DNA of 64,000 nucleotides from Takakia lepidozioides (taxonomy: Eukaryota; Plantae; Bryophyta), in assembly GCA_030704615.1 (NCBI GenBank), contig CM060734.1, positions 45,446,001 to 45,510,000 on the forward strand, in the 5' to 3' direction. Position numbers and translations under genes: made by a program. Shown piece after piece: positions 48,059 to 61,769 of the stretch. The stretch's first letter is position 1. Each line of letters starts with the position of its first letter. Below the pieces are notes generated by a model. The model saw only the letters and a program-made list of their open reading frames with translations. It did not search any database and was not told where the DNA came from.

Positions 48059-51000
48059 TTAAGCAACAACAGTAAGGGGAGCTTCATGAGAAAAATTCCC
48101 ATTCAACGATGAGTCCGAGAGAGAGTCATCAGTGTAGTCCTTGATAGATAGTAGCATCCCACTGGGAGTCTGCTTGGAGTGTGGAAATCTAGCATTGGCA
48201 AGCTCTTCCAGCATCGTTACGTATTGTGCCCTGCTTTCCTCATCCGAATCTTCAGATCTCTTCCCTTCCAAGGAGGGTTGCTGGATTGTCTGGCTCTCAA
48301 ATCGTTGCAATGTTGACTCTGCCGGAATTTCATCTGATGGTGGCCGGCTCTCTAGTCTTTCCCCAGTCAATGTGAAGGAATATTTGGACCCCGGGTCATA
48401 GACAGCAATGCCAGCTCTGTTTACTGGGGCAATCATAGGGCTCCCATGGTGGACAGAAGTACTCCGCCTTATTTGATCAATACTACCTGGCTCTGGACTC
48501 GATGGAAGATTCAGGAGGCCCATTTGAGGTCGTCGCCGTGCAGTGATGAATCTTGACCATCTGCTGCGGGGGATGAAAGGAAGAAGGAAACCTGCTGCAA
48601 ACATCTTGAGTGCCTGTTTTACAGATTTCTCCTGATTTGGGCACAACTGCAATAGCTGGTTCCATAGCGCATACCATTCATTGATCAACTGGACCACAAA
48701 GCAAGTAAGGAGTAGCCCAAGCATAAAAAGTCCCACGCCAAGGTGGTCATTGGCTGGCTGTCCTTGAGCAAGCAAGGCCAAAGCGGCGGCAAACAGTCCA
48801 GTCTCACAAAGAAGAGAAACCGTCTCAACGACTTGTACTACTCTGTTCCGGAAAGGCTTAACCAGTACAAGGTATAAAAGCTGCACCAATGTGAATGCAA
48901 ACACAAAAGAGACCTGACCCCACGACTGGTCAGATCTAGGATATGCACCAAAAGCAATCCCCAGAGCCACCCGCCTGGAAAGGTCTAACAGGAAGTATGC
49001 CGGTCTGGCCCACCCTAGCAACTTATATGCACCAGATCCAGCAAATTCATCACTGTCATTGTCAGAGTTCGCTGGCCTCAGACTTCCAATCCCACTGGTC
49101 ACACTGTCAACCCCTTTGTGGCCATTCATTCCATCAGCTGTAACCAGCCTTGCTGGCCCCTTCTGATCCTCAAAAAGCAAGCCGTATCTTGGCAGGAAGG
49201 TGGCAGCTACACCCTTCTTCCTCACCCACTTGCCTGAGTAACCTTCGCCAGCCAACAGTGCAAGGGGTCTGCTGCATGGAGGTGGAGAAGCTCCATTCTG
49301 CAGAGACTCACGCCCTACCTCTTTGTATTGCACCAGTTTCTCCATGAATACGGCATAAGTGAGGAACATAGCAACAGTGATTACAAAGGATGATGGGATT
49401 GATAAGACTAACACGCCCACAATGATGCCCACCACTGTGCCCCCTGCACATACAGTTTGACCTCAAGTTGTGAGAGCCTTTGTATGTATGTCTAAGGGAT
49501 GATGAAGAATATACATTCTTTGCTAGCTTGTCTGGTCCTTCAATAGGGACACGCCCCTCCCCCCCACCTCCCATGATGCCCGGCAATCCCCCCCCAACAC
49601 TCTTTTTTAAGTATGCCCACTGCCAGTTCGACCTGAAGTTTGGGTGGGTGATCGATTAAGGAGTCATATATAGTCTGCTGCTCATCTTGTACTGTGTCCT
49701 CAGTCGAACAACCCCCATGGGTCTTACCTCAAAAATCTCTCTGATCCCGTGGAAGGCTAGGCAACTAAATGAACACTACAAATGATCAAACTCTAGGCCA
49801 CTAGTCTAAACTGGTCAAACTTCAGTAGAATGTCCACAGTAGAATGTCAAGGTTCTTTCAAGTGTATGATGTTGCACCTCAGACGTGTGAACAGTTGTTC
49901 AAATGTTTATGTAATACAGCATGAACAGTAGTAAACAGGAGGCGACTGTCATCGCAGCGAATACTAGCTTTTCACCCTTCAGGGCAGCTGCCTGGTAGAC
50001 AGAGCACCCTCCAATGGCCACAGTCAACCAAGGTACTGGGAAACACCACTGGTAAAATCCTAAACAGAGACATCAATTATCTGTACCTCAACAATCTTCA
50101 GGGCAGCTGCCTGGTAGACAGAGCACCCTCCAGTGGTCACAGTCAAAGAAGGTGCTGGGAAACACCACTGGTAAAACCCTAAACAGAGACATCAATTATT
50201 TGTACCTCAACAATCTTAAAGATCCCCACCTTCCTATGGTCACAGTCAAACAAGGTGCTGGGAAACTGGTGAAAATCTAACAGAGACATCAATAATCTAT
50301 CGCTCAACACTCTTAAAAATCTCCCTACAGTGTTGCTATACTGTACCCTTCAGATCCCCTTCCTTCTTTTCTGGTAAAATTCTTTCTCTTGTCCCATAAG
50401 CTCTTTGAGCTTCCTGTGGACACTACAAAGTTTCTTTCTTCAAAGTACCATTTCAGTTCATTTCATTTCTTTTTGTTGTTTTTGTGCTGCTTGTTGTAGG
50501 CATTGTTTCTTGTTTCCTGCTTTCTCTTCTCTTTGTAGGCATATTTTCGTTCTTGCCCAGTCTTTGGGTGCTTGTGCTTTGCCTATGCAACCAGGGTGTC
50601 AAACCTTCAAAAAAGTTCCTTCAACTTTCCACAGACCCCTCCATAGGCTGTATGAGTATCAGGCTCGTAAATTCGCTGGATGTAAGATGATTGTTATCAA
50701 TTTCTCCCAATATATTGCACATTGCAATGTCTGTTTACCGTGGTAACACTTCACAATGTGAATCAAACAAATCTCATGCACAGACAGCACCAGGGTAATA
50801 CGGGCCTTGCTTATACCATAGAATTTCCAGTGATACTAGGGAACAAAGTTGCAGAGATTGTTCTATTGTGTCTAAATGCATGTTGCTCATTGAACGTTAC
50901 CTCTAATGATGAAGGCAGCAGCTTGGCACATGCTTGGTAAAGCAAAAATGAGGACGAAAAGCTCGAAGCGAGGGAAACTGAGGGCTCCCCTTAACGATGT

Positions 51001-54000
51001 CCTCATTCGCCAGCGCAGGAAAAGCAACGTGACTATATGGAGAAGAAGAAGGCCTCCTCCAACGACCCCTAGCCAAAACATATTTCTCTCAAAGTCTTGC
51101 CACCTGCAAAAATTACAACTTTACGTACAAGTTGGCACTAGCTTCAAGTTCCAAAATGCACTGGTCTTCCACAACTTAGGTTCAACACTCAAACCATTTC
51201 AGTGCCAAGATCTACACACACATCAGAGCCAGATGAGATATAAAGATTTGGCTAACCCCGTGTAATTGCTTGTGTCGAGAACACTTTTGAGCTCTTGTGC
51301 GTTGGAGCTATGATCCTGCAGCACAGAGAACAATTAAAACATAAATCAAACAGCTGTTCAGAGTGTGGAGATAAAAACTTCCCATTCTGACAGAAGATGC
51401 AGTAGGTCCACTGTGCTGATAATATAGGTCTGGCAAACTCGAAAGACAAAATCAGATGAAATAGTGTTAGAGTTGAGTAAGCAAGAGACAGGCAAGAAAT
51501 GAAATGAAATGACATGAAAGAAATAATTACATACATGGGAGGCCCAAAGAGCACATGGTGATAAAAACCAAAAAAGAGAGAACAGAAATGAAATAAAATG
51601 ATACTGCACAACTTTCATGGAAAGCTCAAAGAGCTTATGGGCAAGAGACAGAATGGAACAAAAGAAAGTAAGAAAGAAGGAGAATTCAGAGAGAAACAGA
51701 GATAGACAGTTACCACAAAGTAAAGCATATATTCACTAGCTCCAAGAGCTGGACCATATTGGATCGTGTTGTCACCCAGCCTACGTGCTCTATACGTGAA
51801 ATCATTCAGCTCCGGTCTCCTCTTAGAGTTGTTGGTTCTTCCCACCAAGGAAAGCTTGTCTGGGGAAAATGTTCTGCTTGAACAGTTTGACAATGTATAG
51901 ACAGCACAGCGAGATCTGTTTCCTCCCTACATATGATGTTCACCAGAAAGGTCCCATCACATGGTTGAACAAATCAGCATCGATCTGTGAAATATTTCAC
52001 GAACATAGACGAAAACCTAGCTCTCTGAGTAAACTTGATCCATTAGCAGATGACTAAAGTGGAGACAATCCTGGCATAGAAGTTCAGCTTTACAATCTAA
52101 CAAAGTGTGGTTCATTGGGTATAGAATGTAGTCCGTACTTTTCGTCTCCAACGCCAACGTATGAGTCTTTTTGGAAATTGGCAGGGTTTCTTTTGATGGT
52201 ATCTGTCTCTAGCCAAGCTAGTATCCACTGCACGCAGGCCTCGTCTTCCTTTATTTGACTCCGGAAGAATTGCTGTCCGATTGGCCACAATGTTGGTACG
52301 AAAGTTGCTGGTGCTATTGAATGACTGCTCGTCATGCCTTTGCCATGGAGTGCTCGCATGCGGTATTACCCACTGAAGACCCCTGACTGTTTCACGGTAC
52401 TCGATTGGGAGGCTCACATCTAGCCAATATGATAATGCAAATATCTGTAGATGGCCAAGCATACCCTGGAGGCAAAAGACATGGATTATTAATATGCCTT
52501 CCATTGAGTACCAAAATCAACAAAATCCTGAAGACTGCATATATGCCACTGCAGAAATGAAATGTCGTCTTCCTATCAACACACGAAGCTTTTTATTATC
52601 CCATGATTGCCATGATAATGGATGACCAACTTACTAGAAGATTTCTGGACGGGTCAGCAACAACATAGCCAGATGCTTGGCCCAGGAGTGCACCTGCAGC
52701 TGCTAGAGTTGCTGATGACACGGAGAGAGCCCCTGAAGCCAAGGCTGTAGCCAGCAAGCCTGCCGTGGTGAATGAGTATAACACCACTGAAACTGCAGGT
52801 GTATTATCGTCTGTATTCAGGTGAAAACCCCACTCTGGCTTACCTCATGTAAAATTCCCTCATTTAGTATGCAGGAATGCCCCCACTCTCCATTTCAAAG
52901 GAAACATGCTGTTACAATCACACTTCCATAGATTGTCATATGCAATGCCATCTACAGCAACATTGGTCAATACAACTTGATTAGTAGCTCCCCTCAGTCT
53001 AGGACGGCCTGCTCCTAAGCAGGATAATTCACTGCATCCATGTTGTGGATTTCTACAACACATGGTTGCAAGCACCCTGCTGCTGATGTAGGAACACAAC
53101 AGTTGATTGGTTTGCAAATGGTAATGTTAACAGCGACCAGAGTCTATGATATATCCAAGACTATGAGATACGGTATAAGTGCAGGTGATGTAGCAGAAAC
53201 TTACAGTTCCTCACTTGCAAGATAGGTGAAGCCAAATTGAAGTTGCCCGAAATATCTGATGTTTGATTTTCAGCTACAGATACTGCCACCATAGTATTAT
53301 CCATGACATACAGTACCATAGCATATGTGCTCTTGGAGACCTCTTTGAAGCTGCACAAACAAATCCCAATTCACAATGGTGGAATGGGGTGCTTCTAAAC
53401 GTCATATTATGACCTGAAAATGTGAGGTTAGGAATACATCTGACCAATCGACTACCATTTTCAGAGGCCATGGCTGAACAAGCATGTTTCAGATTGAGTA
53501 AGTTGAAAATGCAAGATTCATGGCAAGAACTTGAACAAGAATGTGCAACTCAGGTGTTGGGTTGCCCTCCATGCACCTGCCTTCTAATATTTCCCCCTGT
53601 TATTGTAATATCAGAGGACTCGAAGAGAAAGACAGGTTCTGTGAACTGGATTGCAACGGGCACACTGTGGTCTTTTGTGAGCGAAAGTGCTGTTGTACTG
53701 AGCTGCACTTGTGGCCTCCTTCTATCTGATACAGCAAAGCAAAGAAAAATCAGCTTTTGATCAACCTGTCTGTCCTTCAGCAGAAAGAAATGCAATGGAA
53801 TGGTACTTTATAACAATGACGGATATTTACAGCATCCGCTGGAAGCTCACAGAACTTATGGGAAATTAAATGAAATGAAATGGTACCTTATAACTACCTT
53901 TGTCAGGGGCTGACGCCAGTAGTAGGACTTACCTTGAAACAGACAATTGAACCGAGTTTTCCAGATATCCTCTAGAGATCTCTTCACACAAACATTAATC

Positions 54001-57000
54001 TGCTGTGTGTGATTTGCCCAATAACTAGAGCCCAAAAGGGCCTGGGCTTTTGGCTCAGCCTTGAGATTTTCAAAGTTGGTGAGCAGAGGTACAGGAACAA
54101 TTCCCTTGATGGATTTGAAGAGGGTGTGTCTCTGGTGAGGGTACCCAGGACAATGAATCAGAAAGTGGATATTGTCTTCAGGTTGTCCACACAACGGGCA
54201 TTTGCAATCCCCCTTTCCTCTCTGCGTCTGTTTGCTGTTCAAAGGTAGGCTTCTCGCCCTGAAAAGAGAGACTAAGATAGAGAAATGAAATGGTACTTTA
54301 TAAGAGAGAGAGGTAAATACATCATCTAGTCCTCTAGCTTCAAATGTCCTTCCTACTTACAAGATTTACTGGTTGTAAGACTATGTTGGGGGGGGGGATA
54401 GATTCAGCCACAATACTGTATATTGACCTCATGGTCAGTGCTTGCATAGTCTCCTCATTGAGAACTTTCTTTTTTGTGAGTCCAGAGTGTGTAGAAGTTA
54501 TATTTGAAACATGTATGGCACATGGAATAATGTAATGTAATGGAAAAAATGACCTCCAAAATCTGCAGACAACTCACACACACATACCATAAAGAAACGT
54601 GGTATTGCTTGTTTGTGCCACAGTTGAGCCATATCTACTGATTGCAGAGTTTCCTGGAAGTATAACGCTCACCACAGCAACACCAGTAATGTTTCGAAGC
54701 TGCAGTTAATATTAAACTAATGTTAGACACGACTAGTTGTTTGCCAACTGGGATAGGAAACTCTAGCTGGCAGCTTGCAATTCAGTCTTCAGAACACCTC
54801 AATTCCTTAAGCTGTATTCTTAATACAAAACCAGTAGATTTCAGACAACGATCTATCCGGACTTATCTCACCAATGCAAGCCTTGATTAAATAAGAGAAA
54901 AAATCAAAGCGAAGCAAACATTACCATATTGTATTTTTGCAAAGATTGCATAGGAGGCTATATTCACAATGGAAACCCTACAATCAATCCTTGAATGGTG
55001 CAAGTCTTACCAAGTAACCAAATCTGCGATTCCCAAAGCTTCTCCGTTCAGTTGTAGTCAGATTGCCACTGCTGACTCTGAGTACACTCAGCAGCTCCTC
55101 AGTTGAATTAAGAACTGGTTGAGAGAAATCCAGATAGATCCTCAACTTTGCCAACTTGTTCGTAGCTTGAATTGTCCTAGATTGGTTACCAATTACAACT
55201 TGAGATTCAGGTATAGCCGTCCAGAGGTTGACGGAAGGTGTTGTGCGATCTGCTCAATACCCAGCAAGAAAGATTGCAGAGAACTAAAAAGTCAGCACTC
55301 AAATGACTATGGCAGAAATCAGACATACAGATGCAAATAGTTCTGTTGAGCACCTTGTATAAAGATGCACTCTGTACATTCATCTACTTCAAGTTACCTG
55401 CACCTGACTCTAGTATACAAAACAACCCATATCAAGGAATAAGTGCAGAAGTCATCCTCAAACTGCTTGTATGGGTCCCAAACACCATGGACATAGCAGC
55501 CAACTGAGAGTACACAAGATACTAGCCATGAGTCTGCCTGGAAAGCAAGGATGAGTGAGTAACATCAGGCAAACAGATCAAGAAACCATGTCACATAAAA
55601 TGATCATGTCATTTCCATGCTCTTAGTTTCAAATGATTTTGTAACTTCAAGGTTTGCAAAGTTCTCTTTTGGAAGTAAGCAATATGAAGAAGTTGGTGTA
55701 ATAATACCTTACACAGTAGATTAATGACTTCAGATTGAATGCGCCAGGTTATTGATGGCATGATTGGTTTTGGTAATACGACATTACAAAAGCAAGCAAT
55801 CATTTAACTTTCCACTGTGCATTCAACATACTTGGAGCTTTCTGTTTCCAGCATTTTGGTTTGGCAGCAAGATACATACCAAAGTGAATAGTAAAACTAG
55901 ACTTTTCTGATCTTTGAAAGAGATTGCCAGCTGCATCAGTGCAAGAACTTCTTGCCATGACAATTTGTGCCCTCCCTGCCTCAATTTGAGTAGAGAGACC
56001 AACTTGGACAGAATAAACAAGTCCACGTACAATCTCCTTCAATGTAGAGGGTATCACAGCCGCAGCTCCATAGACCAACAGCTGTTTAAGAGACAACCAT
56101 GCACACAAAGAAGACTGACTATGTGCATGAAGATGAAGGCTACTGGGATCCCAGCCAGATAAGATTACAGGGCCAAGACTCAGTAAGAGCACAAAAAGGA
56201 GTCAGTATTAGGATCTACGTGCAAAACTTTCACATGTAACAACACAGTGAAGCAATCTTTACACAACATTAGAAAAGATATTGAAATTATAGTAAATGTA
56301 TCCAACCATAGATGGAGAGCACTCAAATAAGTTTCCATTGCTTTGAGTACAAGAACGAATTTTTGAACCAAAAATTATTTCTCTCACAACTTCCCTTTCT
56401 TTGTCTACATGTACTTCCCATTGACTTCTGTATATCATTCTCATTCCTAACCCATTCCCTACCTTTTATCTTGAACTCTCTTTCTAAACTTCACCAACAG
56501 TGCAGAGAGAAAGGGTGTGCCACAACACTTTGTAACTTACATCACAGGAGCTCGAGCTTGAACATACGAAACCTCCATTTCCATCACAAATCTCACTAAA
56601 AGTTATGTTCACAGTGGCATTCACCACATTGGTGAACGCAGGACCTGCATCAATAGAAGCTGTCGGAGAAACTGTATCTGCAACCATGCAAGCCTCTCAA
56701 ATCAGCTTGAAGAATAACAGATACTTGCTATATGGTCTGAGTTGATTTCAAAGTGCATATGTTTTCAGAACCTACCACAAGGAACAAGGCATCAATTAAC
56801 ATGCTAAGAAGTTTTCAAAGCCATTATTTGCATATAGCTCAAAGATGTGCTCCAAGTATACTAAGTTCATTATGAGCTAATCAACAAGTAAAAAACTTCT
56901 TCCTGGGCAACAATTTTCAGCAACCAACTCAAAAGACCTTGATATAGATTTTGACACGAAGCTGGACAACCACGTAGAGAAAAAACATACAAGTGGGCTT

Positions 57001-57911
57001 ACCTACAGTCCAGCCATATTGAGAAGAAAAGTGTGCTCCATAAGATGTATTCACTGATACAGCAAAGACATGTCTCCCATCTATGAGATTCACAAACGAG
57101 TCCTCGCGGCTTTGGCAATCCTGGAAGCGGTTCTGATCCAACTGTATATTGGCACCACAAATTACATTCATCAAGATTTCAAGAACTCGATCTCCGGAAA
57201 GATGTAGTCTTTAAAGTAAATTCTGCTTGGACAGTGGAAGAAACATATCTTAGACTTTGCATACATGTCTAGCTAATAAATGTAGCTGAGCATAGATCAA
57301 ATGCAACTTTCTAACCAAAGTAGGGGTGGACATTGTGAGGTTGTGCCACCATGACTACACAATGTTCTTATTTGCAAGCAAAGAAGATGATTAGAGTCAT
57401 TATCGGTGACAGTGAAGAGCTCCATAAATGGCAGGGAAGCTGTACATATCTGATGTAGAGGTCTATGAACAGGGACTCTCTTATTTGACAAGCCCTACAG
57501 GATCGTGGTTCTCATGCGTCAGACTGGCTCTATTACAATACACAAACTTGCAGACATCACTGCTTAGAGGGATATGAGCTGTTTAAGTTGAGCAAAAGCA
57601 TATTGAGCTCCCACCTATAGCGTAACACCCAGAATGCTTCTACTCTAACCTCTCTCGCTGCCCTTTGCAGCCGTGCTCCGACCTTGGCGAGTACCTACCT
57701 TGCATTGGATTGAACATTGGTCGCACGAATCACTGCCGTTCGCACTCACCAAATTGAACCGTAAAGTGGCACTTGTTGTGGAAGTGATACTGGGGGGAGT
57801 TTCGGTGAATATGATACTAACCCCCTGCTGCCCCTGAATTGATATTGGACTAAGTACTAAGAACAGACCGACGCAAGTCCAGAGGAAATGGGGCGCTCTA
57901 CAGGTACCCAT
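48059..57911 (-). CDS. conserved plant membrane protein: signal peptide, Ig-like (bacterial Ig-like) ectodomain repeats and multi-pass C-terminal domain (At3g48200-like)
   Basis: 14 exons join in frame: 57911-57699, 57141-57003, 56677-56541, 56081-55880, 55249-55011, 54699-54588, 53725-53581, 53350-53205, 52810-52635, 52465-52139, 51926-51714, 51315-51257, 51103-50901, 49443-48059. Repeats of the type DT.SPTA...VNITFSE...CTDAAGN; TM region with HLQIFAL, RYGLLFED and LVKPF. Confidence 0.88.
49977..50316. repeat. intronic tandem repeat, 119-bp unit x ~2.7
   Basis: agggcagctgcctggtagacagagcaccctcc at 49981 and 50100; partial third copy from ~50235. Confidence 0.9.
53866..54275 (-). mobile_element. 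5'-truncated LINE remnant in an intron
   Basis: LRARSLPLN...CPLCGQPEDNIHFLIHCPGY is the ORF2 C-terminal CCHC region. It ends in the tail TTATAAGGTACCATTTCATTTCATTT. Confidence 0.7.
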
Positions 57912-59753
57912 GCATCCGTGAAGCTAAAAAATCATTTGATTCTCAAACCAAGTGTATTGCTGACTGGATTACTTCTCTCCTCCATCATTCTCATCGTGCC
58001 TCCACCCTACCTTGCCCAGTCTAGTAGCTGATGGAACCATAACTTGCTGCGAACTGCTTGTCGTTTCTGAAAAATTAAGGGAAGGTGCCAAAGACTGGAG
58101 GACAAAGTTTGACATGTTGATAGAGGTTTTAACGCGTCAAATTGAGAACAAGCCCGTACACTAGAAATGTACTCGTCTCAGTAGACTAGTTCGGAAAGCC
58201 GTTTGGTGTCCCGTTGTTGTCATCACATGATCTCAACCAGACAACAGTAAACTGGACAGAAAAAATTTCCATGCGCAAGTTATACTCCTGAAATTGAATT
58301 ATTTCTGTGCTCTTCACTGGAATATCATTGGCATCTCGAATGCAGCTCCAGACGCACAATACACCTGGACGAGCTTCTTTCCTCCACTCCACCTTCACTC
58401 GTAACAGCCTCCATGGTTTATGTGTGCAAATGGTTACTGCGTACACTCGCGAGAGATGCGTATCTGTTGTCAATGGCCTCCTAATTTATGTGCGGAAAAT
58501 TTTACGCTCCCCCAGCGCAAGGATGAATTCGGCCCAGCAAACACCAGTTCAAACAGTTGACTGCTTCTTTGCATGTATCACGTGTCCACTTTCCGCCCCC
58601 GCCCTCTCTCCTTCAAATCACATTTTCAACTCGTACATTGCATCACATCAGCAGTGAAGTGCAACTTTTGCCTCCTTGCTCCCTACCTCCAACTATCGAC
58701 ATCTCTCCGCTTTATCATCGGCATTGCTTCCTGGCTTCCTCCCTCACCCTCTCTCACTCATAATTCCAGCTGGTTTGGGGCCGTACCTATGGACACATTC
58801 CAATTGTCTGCAAAGTAGCTCAACCCTTCAAATTCACCGTCTCTTTCACATTTCATTCCTCCATTGTAAAAGCAATATCACTCTGTTCTGCACTCACGCT
58901 GCTTAGACAGAAGTCAGTATCGCTTGCTCTCTCTCACCTTTGTGACGAATTTCTCTCACAATTTAACATACGCCGAGTGTTCGTACTACCACTAGCACGA
59001 CTCTCAGTCACTTTAGGCCCATTGGTGGAACACATGCTCGCTTCTCCCTGAAACAAATCAATAGCGTTCAGTGCGCATTCATCGCTTTCTACTCGTACAC
59101 AGAGCTCCCAGTATACTTTCACGACCTGCTATAAAACCGGGATGCCAGCAGATTCCGACCTCCAGGACCTGTCCAGGTGTTTCCTTGACAAAGAACAGGA
59201 GTTTGCTGTCATCATTCCCCCTCCAACCTTTTACCTGTTTGAACATAACGATGCAGTACGCAATTCACAGTTTCGCAGGAGGGAAACAGCATTGAAGACG
59301 AAGGTATCCGTTGGATGAGAGGACGCACGCTCCGTGGACGGGACAGTGATGGAGCATCGGCTAGGGGAAGTAGAGGGACGGAAGGCACGTAGGCGGTAGC
59401 GCAGTAAAGGCAGTAAAGGCGCGCTGCCAGGAACACAACACAAGGTTTGAAGTGCCACAACAGTGCTCTCGCAGAAACGGCCACATTTGTGCGCGAGTAC
59501 CCTGACCTCTATTTCCTCTTAACTATCACAGGTATCACTAGCATACTGCCACCTGCCATCCACTTTACTGGCACCTGGCGAGAAGGCTCCAATTGCCCAG
59601 ATGTCTATTCTATAAAATGAATGTCATGCTGCCCGCGAAAAAAATGTCACGTTTTCATCTTGTCACGTTTCATCCATATTATTCAGTAGCGTTTTCTTCG
59701 CCAGACGTGCAAGTATCTGGCAACGAGTTTCTCTGTTGGAAAGCCCTACCCCC

Positions 59754-60448
59754 AGTTTGACGCATAAACATATACCATTATACACTTTACACTGCTGACA
59801 TTTTTAAATAAATAAATAAATAAAAGGGAAACACCTGGGAGCGACAGCTCACAAATCAGGCCCCTTAATAGTGAGAGGAGAAAATAACCTCTTTCACAGT
59901 AACCGTGCCATGACGGCGTAGAAATGGGACACCGCCCAGGCCCCAAGGGGGAGAAGAGAATACCACACCTGACATTTTATACTCCCTTTGATTGTACTTC
60001 AGCTAATTTTTATTTTATTTTTCAACGCGGTGCAATATACTTCAACACTTGGTAGGACTTTATATCGAGTGAATTATTTCACCTCGAATCCTTTATAAAA
60101 TTGGTAGTTTGACGCATAAACATATACCATTATACACTTTACACTGCTGATATTTTTAAATAAATAAAAGGGAAACACCTGGGAGTGACAGCTCACAAAT
60201 CAGGCCCCTTAATAGTGAGAGGAGAAAATAACCTCTTTCACAGTAACCGTGCCATGAAGGCGTAGAAATGGGACACCGGCCAGGCCCGAAGGGGGAAAGA
60301 GAATACCACACCCGACATTTTATACTCCCTCTGATTGTACTTCAGCTAATTTTTATTTTATTTTTCAATGCAGTGCAATATACTTCAACACTTGGTAGGA
60401 CTTTATATCGAGTGAATTATTTCACCTCGAATCCTCTATAAAATTGGT
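59754..60448. repeat. near-perfect tandem duplication (352 + 343 bp) containing copies 2 and 3 of the short dispersed element
   Basis: agtttgacgcataaacatatacc starts at 59754 and again at 60106. Confidence 0.95.
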
Positions 60449-60659
60449 GTAGAAGCATACGGCGTAGTAACAGAGTATAAACAATTCTGTTGAAGATGTA
60501 ATTTTTGAATTAAAAAATGGCTCTCATTTTTTAATAATAGGGTCGTGAATGCACGGGCAGGACCCGCCAGTACGGCCCTTGGGGTGAGCTCATAAACCCA
60601 CCGCCCATTCATCGGGTCAGCCAGATTCTGAAATTTTTCTAAGTCCTTGTTCATCTAAC

Positions 60660-60850
60660 GTGGCGGACTTTCTAGCGGACTTGGCAGACCTTCCAACAGA
60701 CCGACTCCAACCTTCTAGCAGACCGACACCCCTCTAGTAGACCGGGCAGCCCCCCTCCAGTAGACCGGCAGACCCTCCAAGCAGACCCAGCAAACTGGGC
60801 AGACCCCCCTCCAGACCGGCTTGTACCCTCCAGACCTCCAGCATACCCTT
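60660..60850. repeat. cluster of short (GG)CAGACC motifs, probably a transposon subterminal region
   Basis: About ten cagacc/tagacc motifs in ~190 bp. Confidence 0.5.
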
Positions 60851-61769
60851 CGACAAAATATATATTTATTAACACACATTATGACCGCAGTAATAATGTT
60901 TATAAAACATTGTTCTTAACCACCACACTTCGTGCCACTTTCTACAAATCTTTGCAATAACTAATGCTTTATGTGCATATTGTGGGCCCAGCAAACTAGC
61001 TAATGTGTTTTGTGACCCAGCAGACCGCTTGCCAGGCAGACTCGCCGGGTTGGGGTAGGGCGCCTCTACCATCCGCGACCCCATCTGCCACACGCAGGCC
61101 CCACCGCAGCCACACGCGCAGGCATTCATGACCCTATAATTGTTAAATGAGAAGCTTAAAAAATCATAGTCGCAATGCATATAGTCTGACATAAAAAACA
61201 TGTCCCAATGTATAACTTGTGATTCAGGATAAGCTTCTTCATGACATATATATTAGATAAGTTTGAAAGATTGAAAGATTGCCCTTACAAGGGGAGAAAA
61301 AAAGAAAAAGAAAGAAAAAAGATTGGGATACAAATAGAATAGTTTTGCATCTTGCTATTCCTGCGCCCCCATTCCGATCCAGGCACATAAAAACAAATAT
61401 CACAAAGACATGACAGTAAAATAAAATATGGAAGGATGCAAAGCCATCCACTTGAATAATAATATATGAGGCCTCCTGAAGGAAGCGTAAATTATGGTGT
61501 GGCTTGACCCCCAAGGGCTACTGCCTTCTGACTGAACAATTAAGCTGATTACCGCTCCCTGCCGTGAAGCCCCTCCTCCCTTTCGCCACCCTCTGCCCTT
61601 TCCAGAGTACCTATTGCCATAGTGTCGACCAAGGCCTGCATTCTATTCCAACAGCCTATTTATCTTTGAAGGGATTCAAGGGAATCCTCATGCGGCTCTT
61701 TTCATTGAATGTGTTACACCTTGGTAAAAATACGGCAAGACTAGAAGGGATACTAATGATACAACAAAA

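Noticed and set aside
59822-59966. self-cleaving ribozyme (hammerhead/twister/HDV) in the dispersed element
   Set aside because: No CUGAUGA/GAAA core or other diagnostic consensus could be seen on either strand.
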